This document shows positions 24,754 to 36,505 of a stretch of DNA of 64,000 nucleotides, piece after piece (position 1 is the first letter of the stretch; each line of letters opens with the position of its first letter). This stretch comes from Hamiltosporidium tvaerminnensis FI-OER-3-3. Taxonomy: Eukaryota > Fungi > Microsporidia. The notes below the pieces were generated by a model that saw only the letters and a program-made list of their open reading frames with translations, made no database searches and was not told the DNA's origin. The position numbers and the translations under genes were made by a program. The stretch spans positions 372,001-436,000 of the forward strand of contig CM061249.1 of the NCBI GenBank assembly GCA_022605425.2, read 5' to 3'.

Positions 24754-26028
24754 CTACCCAAATAGCTTTTCACTGTATTTCTCTTTAACATATAAAATAT
24801 TCTTATAACTGTTTTTCAAACATGAATCAACAAGTTCTTTATCGTAGCACCCAGCAACAACAAAACACTTCCAAATACTATCTTCAACCACAACAATAAA
24901 ATCTAAGAAAACAAATGAAAATACCAAACAAAATATCCTTTCCATTATACTCATTTGGTAAAACATTTTAAAAGAAGAATTTATACAAACAAGTAGAAGT
25001 CCAAAAACAATGAATTGAAAAGTTCTCAGTACTAATGTTGGTCGGTTATACATAAAAATATTCTTAAAATTTATACTTTTAAAAACGTTTTTAAAGTGTT
25101 TTTTTGATTCGAAGTAGCACAAAAAATAAAAAGTCATAAAATATTTAGGCCAGCTATCCATACCATTAATATTACACTCCATACAATTACAAATCACTCC
25201 TACAAATGTCCACACAACAAATACATCGAGTTTATGTCGTATAGGAAACAGAGACACATCAGTATCTTCATCTCTTACTTTATTCATAAATTCCAATAAA
25301 AATAAATCATTTAAATGATTTTTTATATTTCTAAATGTAAAGTACAACGGATTTATACCGTCATCAGCTAAGCAAGTTGACATCTTATAATATATATATA
25401 AAGAAACCAACGTACTTAAAAGGAATGAACATATAAAATATGACCAAATACTGAAAAGTATAATTATACTATCAAACATTATATACTTCACCAATGAATC
25501 TTTATATCTACAAATTAAATAAAAAAGTAAAACAGTCACACATCCAAAAATAATAAAAACCAAACTAAAAAATATAAAAAGTTGAAAAATATTTCTCATC
25601 AAAATTATACAAGAAACACGTAAATACTTTCTTGTGATACCAATATACTTACAATAACGATAATAAAACAATAAAATACTTGTAAATAGATATACTGGAA
25701 GAATTAAATATATCAGATGTAAAATTCTAAATTGGGAAAGAAAAAGCACCCAAAATGGAAAAGGACCAATAATTAAAATTAAAAATATTACAAAATTTCC
25801 CAAAAAACACATCATAGAAACCATAAAACATAAATTTGTTAAAAATAAAATCGAAACAAAAACACAAATCAGAAATATAGAATTCTTTGTCATAAATACT
25901 GTTACACTTTTTTCATTACTCATACCACCAATGTATGAAAGTAAAACCCCCATCATTCCAACCAATACATACAAAGCAAATATACCCGTATGACATTCTT
26001 TCCTACCAAAATTTTTTATCCCATCCAT
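24754..26028 (-). CDS. multi-pass membrane protein, probably choline transporter-like (CTL/Pns1) family
   Basis: About 9-10 hydrophobic segments with a CTL-like layout; CCC motif upstream. The family assignment is tentative. Confidence 0.55.
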   Translation of the reverse strand: MDGIKNFGRKECHTGIFALYVLVGMMGVLLSYIGGMSNEKSVTVFMTKNSIFLICVFVSILFLTNLCFMVSMMCFLGNFVIFLILIIGPFPFWVLFLSQFRILHLIYLILPVYLFTSILLFYYRYCKYIGITRKYLRVSCIILMRNIFQLFIFFSLVFIIFGCVTVLLFYLICRYKDSLVKYIMFDSIIILFSIWSYFICSFLLSTLVSLYIYYKMSTCLADDGINPLYFTFRNIKNHLNDLFLLEFMNKVRDEDTDVSLFPIRHKLDVFVVWTFVGVICNCMECNINGMDSWPKYFMTFYFLCYFESKKHFKNVFKSINFKNIFMYNRPTLVLRTFQFIVFGLLLVCINSSFKMFYQMSIMERIFCLVFSFVFLDFIVVVEDSIWKCFVVAGCYDKELVDSCLKNSYKNILYVKEKYSEKLFG

Positions 26029-26230
26029 TTTTTAATCAAACCAAGGGCTATTACACTGTTTATAACAGATAATTTATATAGAATATGGATAGAAAAGAAA
26101 TAGATAATATTGTAAATAGAAAGTAAAGAAATAATATTTAATAAGAAAGGACTGTATATATATGATTTAATAAAAGAGGAATAGAAATAATTAGTAATAT
26201 AAAAGAGTAGATATTCTTGAGATAAAAATA

Positions 26231-26322
26231 TATTTGTAATAGATGAACATTGATTAACAATATGAAAATATTTATTTGTAATAGAAGAACATTGATTAAC
26301 AAATGAAAATATTTATTTGTAA
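26231..26322 (+). repeat. tandem duplication, ~42-bp unit x2.2
   Basis: TATTTGTAATAGA(T/A)GAACATTGATTAACAA(T)ATGAAAATATT repeated. Confidence 0.85.
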
Positions 26323-26555
26323 GTATTTATCTATTAAATGCGATATATTTTCATTATTATTTTCATTACTTTTTTATTGCAATATTTATTGTAACAACAA
26401 ATAATTTTATGTCATTTTTTCTTTATAAATAAATACTTATTTTACCTATAACACACCTATTAAGACAAATAAATTATATTTTAAATCGAAAGATTTATAA
26501 TTCTGTAATAAGATGTATGGATATTTCATCTTTACCTATAAATATCGTTATATTG

Positions 26556-26700
26556 ACACTTTATATCTAGAAATATAATATCAATCATTTACTATCTAAT
26601 TCTATAAACATCACACAATATATACATATAATACACTTTTATATCTAGAAATATAATATCAATCATTTACTATCTAATTCTATAAACATCATACAATATA
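26556..26700 (+). repeat. tandem duplication, ~77-bp unit x2
   Basis: ACACTTT(T)ATATCTAGAAATATAATATCAATCATTTACTATCTAATTCTATAAACATCA occurs twice. Confidence 0.9.
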
Positions 26701-26813
26701 TTACCCTTATATATATTTACTAACATAATCATCTATATTACAACCTTAAACCCTTTTCACATATCCCTATAATAAGGTAAGGTCCTTAACATTTTAAATA
26801 AAAATATTTATTT

Positions 26814-26819
26814 CTCCCC
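26814..26819 (+). promoter_or_regulatory. microsporidian-type CCC motif immediately upstream of ATG (example)
   Basis: TCTCCCC|ATG here, with similar CCC motifs a few to ~20 nt before the starts at 10585, 17923, 26028, 28689, 30337, 49397 and 50163. Confidence 0.7.
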
Positions 26820-27140
26820 ATGAAATTTGTTCTAAAAGATAAAACTAATTCAAAAGAAAATGCAGAAATGAATTTAAAGAAAAAAGAAGTAAAAAATGAA
26901 GAAAAGCAAAAAGTATTAAATGTAATGATAAATGTATATGAAACTACCAGAGACTATTCATTTAAGTATGATTTAGGTAAATGTATTGAAATAATTGAAG
27001 GTAAAGAAAATCAAGAAGTTTGTGAATTAAAAGTAGCACTTATTGATGCTTTAGAAGAGAATGAGTTACTTTTTGATGAAAAATGTAAGTTGATAGTTGA
27101 AAATGATTATTTAAAAGATATTTTAAAGAATAGTAAATGA
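26820..27140 (+). CDS. small hypothetical coiled-coil protein, 106 aa
   Basis: Clean ORF, CCCC directly before the ATG, heptad-like C-terminus. Confidence 0.75.
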   Translation: MKFVLKDKTNSKENAEMNLKKKEVKNEEKQKVLNVMINVYETTRDYSFKYDLGKCIEIIEGKENQEVCELKVALIDALEENELLFDEKCKLIVENDYLKDILKNSK

Positions 27141-27518
27141 AATTATGGCAGGAAAGAGGAAGGTAATTAAGGGTAAATAATAATAAAGGATTTTAAAGAA
27201 GGGTAATAGAAAAGGAAATAGAAAATAAAAATATAATTAAATTAATAGATTAATTATATTTTGGTAGTACTGTATATATAAATAAGGATAATAATATGAA
27301 TATATGTGTAGAATGAAAGTAACTATTAATATTAGAAATATAAGTTTTAAATAAATGGCTTTTAAATTGTTGTTGTGTAAAATTTAAAATAATTATAAAT
27401 TAATTATACTTTTGAATCATTTATAACGAACCAGGTAAGATATATTTACCATAATTTAAGGATAAAATATTTTACTATCGTTATGAATTAAATTAAATTT
27501 AATGTTTCATTTTTAAGA

Positions 27519-28248
27519 TGGAGAGAGGATAGCCACATTAAAAACTATATACTTGGAAGCGAGTATGTTAAATTAGATAGAAATCATTGTTTGAATTTTT
27601 AGTAGGATTAATATCATAATACATCTTTGGTTGATCCATGTGAATTTGTATAAAGAGAAGAGGGTCTATAAAAAGCCGAAACCTTTTTCTGCTAATTTAC
27701 TTTTTAGGTTCTTATGTGACTAGATTTGGAACCCGCGACTGAAATTGTAGGTAAGTGCCATGTAAAAGCATTTTAAATATAGCCTTGCTCACTCGTGTTA
27801 GAGGACTTAGCGCCTGGGAAGTACAAAAACTACTCTTCCAAACTACAGAAATTTCAATAGCGGGCTATGCTTGTTGGTATGACATTGCAATTCTAGGTGA
27901 TTCCCATGTAATTCGCCGAAATATATCTTTAATTGAAGTTAATTTGGTTCGAAAAGTGTAGAGTAAATGGAAATGCTGCTGGTCGTAGAAAGCTCGAGTT
28001 GGTTTCGACACGAGATAAAACACCGGATTACACCATTAATAGACTTAAGGCATACATTCCCCTCCATTAAATGGGCTCTGCACAGTTTTTAGACTGAAGC
28101 TTAGAAATGATAGTACTTTAGTATATACTGATGGAGTTTTGGGGTAGCAGTTATTTATTTTAAACCTAGAACTGTATTAATGTCACTAAAATAATATAAC
28201 ACATTCCACTTTTTTAAATATGATATGATATTCGTTCTCTAAATAAAA
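27519..28248 (+). repeat. long structured dispersed repeat (divergent internal domain)
   Basis: Starts TGGAGAGAGGATAGCCAC; contains CCATGTAAAAGCAT, GCCTTGCTCACTCG, GGTATGACATTGC and AAACCTAGAACTG...AATGTCA; ends TAAATAAAA. Confidence 0.93.
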
Positions 28249-28688
28249 TCTTAAAGGTTATAGAATTGGTTATTTCGCCTTGTTTTTCCATTCTCTATTG
28301 TTTCGTAGAAATTCCAATTGTATTTGAAAATATACTCTAAGCAAATATTTCTTTTATAAATTATATTATAATTAGTAAATTTATCATTAAATAGTTTGGT
28401 TTATAACTATTAACTTTATTAGTTTCATTTTCTTTCGCAAAATTTTATTTTTCTCTTTTTTCGATTTCCTACAAAAAAAAGTCATGAAAATATTTATATT
28501 CTAAATTGTGTTTAATAATATTTTAAGTAAAAAAAGATTTACTGAATATTTTTAAAAAATTCTATAAAATACAAAAGCAGAGATTACTGATTCTTAAATT
28601 GTGTTCATACATATCCTTAATAGGAAAAATACTCACAAAATATTTTTATACAAAATTTTATTAAAGAACTATTTAGTTTATCCCTATC

Positions 28689-29006
28689 ATGTTATATCAT
28701 AAAATTGTTGATCTAACTAATACAACTAAAAATATTTGTTTATCTTTTATTGTAATTAAAGAAATATCAGTTACTACTACAAAGGATAAAGATATAGTAA
28801 GAACATACTTAATAAGCGATGAAACTGGTTCAATCGAATACTCGGCATGGAATATACAATTTGAAGATGGTGATTTAATAAATATTACAGGTGGATATAC
28901 ATCTTTATTTAAAGGGAAAACACGTCTATTTAATTCTAAAAATTCTATGATAAATAGAAATGGTAAAATTAGAAAAGTGTTTAGTTTAGAACCTTTTATC
29001 AATTAA
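28689..29006 (+). CDS. single OB-fold ssDNA-binding protein, SSB1/SOSS-B (NABP)-like
   Basis: KNICLSFIV...TTKDKDIVRTYLISDETGSI...W...GDLINITGGYTSLFKG matches the hSSB1 pattern KNLNLIFIV...KTKDGHEVRT..VADKTGSI..W...GDIIRLTKGYASVFKG. Confidence 0.85.
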   Translation: MLYHKIVDLTNTTKNICLSFIVIKEISVTTTKDKDIVRTYLISDETGSIEYSAWNIQFEDGDLINITGGYTSLFKGKTRLFNSKNSMINRNGKIRKVFSLEPFIN

Positions 29007-29102
29007 AATGTATTTTTTTAATGTTTAAAAGAAAATTTTTAAATATTTATTTATACTGTTTATATTAATAGAGACTAAATAATTGATAATATTTTTACTT
29101 TT

Positions 29103-29254
29103 ATAAATATGAAGAAACAAATTTCTATTTTTTATTTATATTGTTTTGCTTGAAAAACTAAAAAATAAAAACGGCTTATATAAATATGAAGAAGGAAATT
29201 TCTATTTTTTATTCATTGTGTTTTGCCTGAAAAACTAAAAAATAAAAACGACTT
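29103..29254 (+). repeat. tandem duplication, 77-bp unit x2
   Basis: ATAAATATGAAGAA..AAATTTCTATTTTT...TGAAAAACTAAAAAATAAAAACG occurs twice. Confidence 0.85.
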
Positions 29255-29743
29255 TTATAGTTAAATAAAAACAAATAATATAAAAAAATTATACTAATAT
29301 ACATTTTTAAAAAATTAATTTTTCGTCGATTTAATTTGTAATATAATAATTTTAAATCATAATCAATAAAAAGCTTGGTTATAAAAATTTATTTTTCCAT
29401 TTAATTTGGCATAAAGAAATTGCTATTTCTTATAAATGTTTCATTTAATTTAATCGTATATTCATAATGGATTAGAAAAAAAATCTTAGCTTATTGCTAA
29501 AAAAACAAAAATATTTTAAAATTCACATATTTTTGAATAGTTTCAAAAGTTATAAACAGCAATGGAATACATTCAATTAGAATTTATACAATTTATTTTT
29601 TTATAATGAACGAAAAGATAAGATTTGCATGAATAAATATTTCAAATAAGAAAATCTAAATTTTAATTGTAAAAGTGAGAATAAATTTAAATTTGAAATT
29701 GAAAAAAATATTTTTACTGATTTTAAAATGTAAAGATTAAATA

Positions 29744-30337
29744 TTAAACGCCATCAGGCATACGAATTTCTGGATCTGAATAAAAATCAAGTTCGCATTT
29801 AATCTCATCACAACATTTATGTCGAGCAGAAACATAATTTTGTTGTATTGTTCGAATCAGTGGAGGTAAATAATGAGGTATAGATAAATAGCTAAGGCAC
29901 AAATCACATACTCTCCACTTATAATCATAATAAAGTGACAGAAATATTTCTATTTGTTCAATTTGTGATTCTATTGGTACATTTGCAATAAACCTCATTG
30001 CTTCTGCATCCAATTCTCTGAACATGGTAGAAATGCCAATAATTCCATATTTAATGTGAAATATTACAGTAAAAACATCATTATCGTTATTATATCCATA
30101 AACTTTTAAATCTTTCAAATTTTCAGAAATATTCATTATTTTCAATTTTATTTTCGGTAAAGAATTCCTTTGTTCATATATTTTTATATAATTTAGAAAT
30201 TGCTTGTAATAATGATTTGTATCTACCATAAATTCAAGGAACTGATTAGGTGTATACATTTTACGCATTATTTTATTTAAACTTACCACAAAATACACAC
30301 CAGTTTTTTTAATTTGATATTTTATATCATTTAGCAT
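29744..30337 (-). CDS. MED27: Mediator subunit MED27-like protein
   Basis: The C-terminal Y-x6-CxxC-x3-L...LPP-xx-R...A-x-H-xx-C matches the MED27 zinc motif (CQRCGKFL...LPPTWR...AFHDTC). The ATG at 30337 follows a CCC motif. Confidence 0.6.
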   Translation of the reverse strand: MLNDIKYQIKKTGVYFVVSLNKIMRKMYTPNQFLEFMVDTNHYYKQFLNYIKIYEQRNSLPKIKLKIMNISENLKDLKVYGYNNDNDVFTVIFHIKYGIIGISTMFRELDAEAMRFIANVPIESQIEQIEIFLSLYYDYKWRVCDLCLSYLSIPHYLPPLIRTIQQNYVSARHKCCDEIKCELDFYSDPEIRMPDGV

Positions 30338-30446
30338 CAATGGGTAAGACGTAATTTTTATTGAATAAAAATATAAATTTTTAAACCCTCAACGGGTTAG
30401 ATTTGAAAAGACAGGAAACATTTAATTTTCTAAGAATAAAAATATA

Positions 30447-30680
30447 GTAGAGAGAGGATAACCACTTCAAAAACCATCTGGTTGGCAATGTGTATGTGAA
30501 ATTTCTGTGAAAATCATTCTTGCCATTTTGGTGGGATATAAACCACATTTGATCTATACCAATCTCCTATAATCCCGAGTTACAACAGATTATAAGCAGC
30601 AATTAGAACACTTCAGTTTGTTCATCATCGACACCGAGAGGTAAAAGAGGAATGGAATGATTGTTTAAGTATAAATAAAA
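30447..30680 (+). repeat. short (~210-nt) dispersed repeat sharing its 5' head with the long structured repeat
   Basis: Head GAGAGAGGATAACCAC...TTGGCAATG...AAATCATT...AAACCAC, core CCTATAATCCCGAGTTACAACAG, tail TAAAAGAGGAAT; flanked by AATAAAAATATA at 30435-30446 and 30674-30685. Confidence 0.9.
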
Positions 30681-30959
30681 ATATAAAATTTTAAAGCTTT
30701 ACCAGGGGTGATTTGAATAAAAAAGAAACAAGCAAACTGTCTATGACTATTACCTTTTAATTTGGATTATTTCAAACTATAAAGATATTAGTATCAATGT
30801 AAAAAAATAAATCATTGTATTTAGGTTTAGAAAAGAGAGGGTAATAATTTTTCAAAATATATTATACTGCTTTATACTAATAGATTGTATTGGGATGGGA
30901 AACAAATTTAAAGTTTTATTTAAAAAATAAGGGATCTAAGGATAAACATTATTCCAAAT

Positions 30960-31330
30960 ATTTACCTCAGACGGGTTAAAAAAAAACTTAGGAAATATGA
31001 CTTATTAGCCAATGATTCGGGTCTTATTTATAATTCTAGTGAGGAGGAATCTCTTATAGCTTAACATGTGATGCTATTGGGACAAAATACCATAAAATGT
31101 ACCTTAAAAGACTTGTATGCTCACGAATCTAAACGCATATACACTAGTAGTCTTCAAAAAAAATTAGAAACAATTTATTTTAATAGGAAGAAGGGCATTG
31201 ATCTACCAAAAATTTTTGAAAGAGCTGCTAAAGCGTATCGGTGTGTGTGCTAGGCGAAAAATTCAAATTACATGAGGAGTAATACCCCCAAAAGACAAGT
31301 ATATAGCGAGGAGAATGCCGTTAATCATTT
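30960..31330 (+). mobile_element. decayed 3' fragment of the RLE-type non-LTR retrotransposon
   Basis: KKLRKYDLLANDSGLIY...TKYHKMYLKRL aligns to EKLRKYDLLANELGLIY...TKYYKSHLKRL of the adjacent minus-strand copy; the two are arranged tail-to-tail. Confidence 0.8.
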
Positions 31331-31592
31331 AAAAACGAAAAAAAATTGGTTCTTATTTTCATAGACGTTACTATTTTAAGGGAAAAGACAATAAACACGA
31401 AAGAAAAATCTGAATTGGTAGGTGAGAATAAATAGTTAGATAGAATAGCTACAAGAAAAATAATTGAAACAGAGGTGTATTATAAAAGGCGGATCGAGTA
31501 ATTTAAAAAATAAATTTCAAACTATCTAGCAAATAGGGGAAAAACTATTTATAGATACTAAAAAATTAAATAAATTTTAAACCTCAAAAAAA

Positions 31593-34500
31593 TTTTATTT
31601 AATAAAATTCTGGGTTAAAACATTTTTACCATTTTTATATGTTTTCTTCTACCTCTTTAACCACTTTTGTCTTTCTTCGAATCCGACTCTTTATTTATGT
31701 TATTGGTCGGTTCCTCAAAAGTGGTTGCTCCTTGTGAAATAAAGGGTGCTTTATTTTTTGGTTTAAAATTTTTTGCATCATCTTCCTCTCTCTTCTCTCC
31801 TTTTAAAGGGGGTGTTGGTTCCTCATGCATCTCTGATCTCATAATAACACCCATTGACGCTCTCTCCCAGCTCTCTTCGGCATTTAGTCCTGACTCAAGT
31901 CCCCTTCGTCGATCAAAGGAAATTGTTTCGACTGTTTTCTTAAGTACTATAGACTGAATGTATGCTTCTACATTCATGGGTATTTCTAGTCTTTTAAGGT
32001 GAGATTTATAGTATTTTGTCACAATACCGTCCCAGGTCATCACATAAGGGATTATCTCAACACTACACCTATAAATAAGACCCAACTCATTGGCTAGCAG
32101 GTCATACTTCCTAAGTTTTTCAGTTTCAACTATTTAAAGTGAATCTTGGGAAGTGATTCTTACTTCAATGAGTGTTATCTTATTCTTCTTCTTATCTAAA
32201 ATAAATATGTCCGGTCTGTTATTCCGAATTTTAACATCAGTTTTTATTCTGGTGTCTACTCTTATCTCTGCATACTCATTATCAAGAATTTCTTGAACTG
32301 AGTGACTCCTTATTCGTTTGGAAGACTTAAACTTATATCTATTTAGAAGAAGTAGGTGTAGGCATCTAACCACTTCATTATGCCGTCTAGTGTAATCATG
32401 GCCTAGCATTTTTTCACATCTAGTTGCTCGATGATCTACAGTCTTACCAGATTTATTGCAGTGTTGGCACATACCATCTGCTCCCCAGAATACATTTCTA
32501 TCCTGGATTAACAGAACACAGCTTCATTGCGTGGCCTAATATTCCCTTTCTTTAGCCATCTTGAAGAGTCACTAACACTTACAAGCTCATTTTTCCTTGC
32601 CTTATATAACTTTGAATAGAGTTTTCGTTTTTCTATTTCGTTATATAGTTTTGCAAGTTGAGCTTCTTCTACCAACCTGTACTTTACTTTTAAGAAGCTT
32701 TTTATTAGTGCAAGATGGGTTTTATTATTATTCTCCACCTTGAGGATTGCTGCTCGTCTAGTTGATATTTCTTTACTTTTTTCCAGACAATCTAAGAGTT
32801 GCAAAAGCATATTTTCGAAACTCAACACTATGTAGGCCTCTTCCAAGTTCTGTTCTAGGATGATACAAACGCTATTTACATCCTAGGCGAAGATGTATCT
32901 TATTCTTCACCAAATCCGTACGAACTGCCTTATCTAATTTAGAGAAGTCAGCCGGTTCAAGTCGAAGTACTCCTATGTGATAGTTGATTAACGATATCGC
33001 ATGTTGATTAATTGCAGAAAATAAATTTTTTGCGTTTAATCTAGTGTGACAAAGTCTTTCAACTCTTGCTATAGGTTTGCTTTGTACTTCTTCAAATGAG
33101 CTACGTGTTGGAATTCCTCTGCTATCTTCGATTATCCCCAAATATTTGTAAACACTAACACCTTATAGAAGAGTAGCAGTATCTTCACAACACGTATCAT
33201 TTGTGGCTGACTTCTCTTTGTTCATCTCTAAGCCAATCACCTCTAAAAATTCCTTTGCCTCGCCTGTCATAGCACTCAATGTGGAGCTGTCTTTTGCAAG
33301 GAGCTTAAGATCATCAATAAACAAGAGATGATTAGTAGAATGGGATTTTGCATCTGTTTGTGATTTCACTTTTGTGTATTCTTCATTAAGCTTTCGGCTC
33401 AATGGATCCATACACAACACAAATAACAAAGGTTACAAACTATCTCCCTGCAGAATCTCTCTCTGAATCTTCATGCTCATGATTTTTTCAGGCCCTACTG
33501 ATATATCAATTTTCCATTTTTATATAATTACCTTAATAAATTTCAGGATCCAATGAGGTAAATTAAGGTTTTCAATGCATTGAGTTAAATAAGCATGATC
33601 TATTAAATCCTAAGCTTTTTTAACATCAATCCATGTTCCCTAAGATTATTTCCATACTCTTTATTTAAGGCAATATTCAGTAGAGCCTGCTCTTTCGCTC
33701 CCTGCACACCTCTTACCGCCCCTAATTGGTTCTCCGCAAGTAACCCTCGCCTTTCCACTTCAATTTGAACAACTTTCGTTGCACACTTTTTCGTTAACTT
33801 ATAGAGGTTGGACATACAAGTGATTGTCCCGTAGTCAGAGCCTTTTCGTGGTGTTCCTTTTGGTATGAAATACGTAAGCCCGCTGCAAAACCAATCAGCT
33901 TGAGTTGTTCCTTCTAAACATATAACTTTCACAATATCATAAATATATTTGTAAAGAGTTGTAAGTTTCTGAATGAAAAAATTGTAAATACCATCATTCA
34001 AGCAGCTTTCCAATTGGGAAGCCAATTAATGATATTTACAAATTCATCAAGTGAAGGAAACGTGGTCGGATGATTATCTGATACAAATGGAATCAAATAA
34101 TCATCATATGTGACAGTGTCATCATTTTTGTTTCACATTGTGGACCAAAAACTCACAATTTCATCACGACTAACCACATGCTCGGATTCCACACGCTCAG
34201 ATAACCCACGATAAAATCGACTTCGGAAAAGCTCAAACATACGATTCTCTTTTCGGAATTGCTTCCTACTTTCATGCATCGTAATTTTTTTCTCGTAAAC
34301 ATTCGTGGACTCATTCTTCTTAACTAGAGCCTCAGAAAGATCAGTTACACTGCACAAGTTTAAATTAAACTCTCGCATGATTTTCTTAAGGCTCTTCGTT
34401 TCCGAAGTGGAGAGCTTTGTCTGCTTACGAGCCTTTTCGAGAAGATCTTTGGAAAGTACTAACTTAGAAATTTTACTTTCTATGTTTTCCTTCCAAGCGG

Positions 34501-35346
34501 ATCTAGGCTTTTCTTTGCGGGTTGCCTCGTCATAGCATACCGGGCTGCCTGGATTATCCGTGCCACTGCAGTTATCGTCATCGGCACACAAGAATCAGCA
34601 TACTCACCGATAATTTGATTAATAAGGTCCAAAACTTTACTGCCAACCAATTCACTTGGAAGCTTTCGAGTTCGGACCACCACTTTTCCAATTTCCTTCT
34701 CCGAGATTTCTTTGATTTTGCTCAAAAATTTATCTCCCAGGTTTATGTACTCCGTGGTGTCAGTCAGGGTGCATGGCTCAGTGAGACAAGTGGCGATTCT
34801 ACGTCGCTCTCCATTCTCTTCTTGCCTTATTTCCCTTTCTGCCTCATTTTGTGCGAGTTTTTTAAACGCATCGATATCTAGTGTGCAGCTAAATTTCTCA
34901 TTATAGTACCGCAGAGATGCGGGCCAGCCATTTCTGGGCATTCTCTCAAACCTCTTTTGCACTTCTAGAATAGCATATCTAGGCCATTCCTGCTCTACGA
35001 CTGTGACAGAGTCAAGTATTGAGTGCAATACCATCAGTCGATTTCCTTCTAGAATGGCATCTGTATTGAGGTTTGTCATGCCGTTGGCTGGTTCACACGC
35101 AGTGGCATCGGTAACAGAAGACGAGGGTATGGTGTCAACTAAGCAGACTGGACTAGTCTGGCAACTACTGCTTGGTGGTTGGTAGATGGTTTTATGGAAG
35201 GTCGGTTGAAGTAAAAGTCTCTTGGATAACATTGCTACATCTACATAACACATCAAAATCTCTCCTGCGCTGTTTTCCAAGTTGCATACAGCCTTTATTT
35301 TTTCATTTCTTATATTTTCGCTGTCTACTTTTTTCCTTCTACCCAT
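31593..35346 (-). mobile_element. near full-length RLE-type (R4/Dong/NeSL-like) non-LTR retrotransposon, frameshifted
   Basis: RT motifs (YFIPKG, TITCMSNLYK, QLGAVRGVQGAKEQ, ILQGDSL, LFIDDLKL, YKYLG), a degenerate CCHC motif CQHC..TVDH..TRC, RRHNEVV and the endonuclease RPDIFILD...LIEV. Degenerate flanking direct repeat 31570-31592 vs 35347-35368. Confidence 0.93.
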
Positions 35347-36505
35347 ATAACTCTAAACCGTAAAAAAACTAATGATTAATAAATACAAATTTATTTCGGC
35401 TGTATATCTAAGAAATATATTTGTCAGAGTTCTAGTATATATTATTAGGATTAAAAATAATCCAATTTTTTTAAATAAATTTAAATTTAAGGATTCTAAA
35501 CTATATAAGAGGTGATGTTTTTACAATTATCGACAATAAGTAAGCGAAATGAGATTAGAAACCAAGTAATTCCTCAGTATGAATTTAAAAATATAAACTA
35601 AACATTTGTAAATTTTATAAGAGCATGGCTAAAATAATGTATATTAATTCATAATTACCTTTTAAGCTTGATTTAAATTGTTGAAAATATAAAAATATAG
35701 ACTTACAATCTGTTAGCAAAATATTTGCTTTTTATTGTTACCAGTTAAGTACAGATGATTCCATATGTGATAATCAGAAGCAGTTTGCCAACAAATTACC
35801 ATATTACGCATTCAAAACGCTTTAAGTATCTCTAAAATAGATATTTACTCAAATAAATACAGTAAAGGTAGATAAAACATCTATTTCTATTCACTAAGGT
35901 AATTAATTCTACTCAGGATAAATGTCAATAATAGTTATAAGAGGCATCACGATGTTTCGTATAATTAACTGAGAGACATATACACCCTAAGCTTTACTTA
36001 AAGGTTTTTAGCAACTTATAAGAGGTTTTTAGCACAATTTTGCTAAAATATGTAACGTATTATTTTTATGATACAATAATAGACGAAGACCGGATAAAAA
36101 AATTGACTATTGAGCTTGATATGAAAGAAGCTTGTATATCGGCGATTTGAAACTAAATACATTGAATAACATCCAAAATAGCATTTAACTATTCTTATAT
36201 AATTTAAATTTGATTCATTAAGAAAATAAAGAAATGAAAACAAAAATTTGACTCTCTTAGCAATCATAAAATTAAAATAAATTTGTTGAAATTTTCTTTT
36301 AAAAACGAATAATTAATCTAAATTTATATGTAAAAAAATGGAATAAAATAATCTAAAAATAAGTTAAAATAAGACAATTTAATATAGAACTAAAATTGTT
36401 GCACCTTAGCTACAAAATAAATGTATAATTAAATATAAAAACAAATTATGCTTTACATTTTTTTTTACAAAAATTAGATTTCACAAACAAATTTATTTAA
36501 GTTTT

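Noticed and set aside
30566-30588. Core CCTATAATCCCGAGTTAC resembles Alu/7SL CCTGTAATCCCAGCTAC
   Set aside because: It is a short match only; the surrounding Alu-domain helices and S domain are absent.
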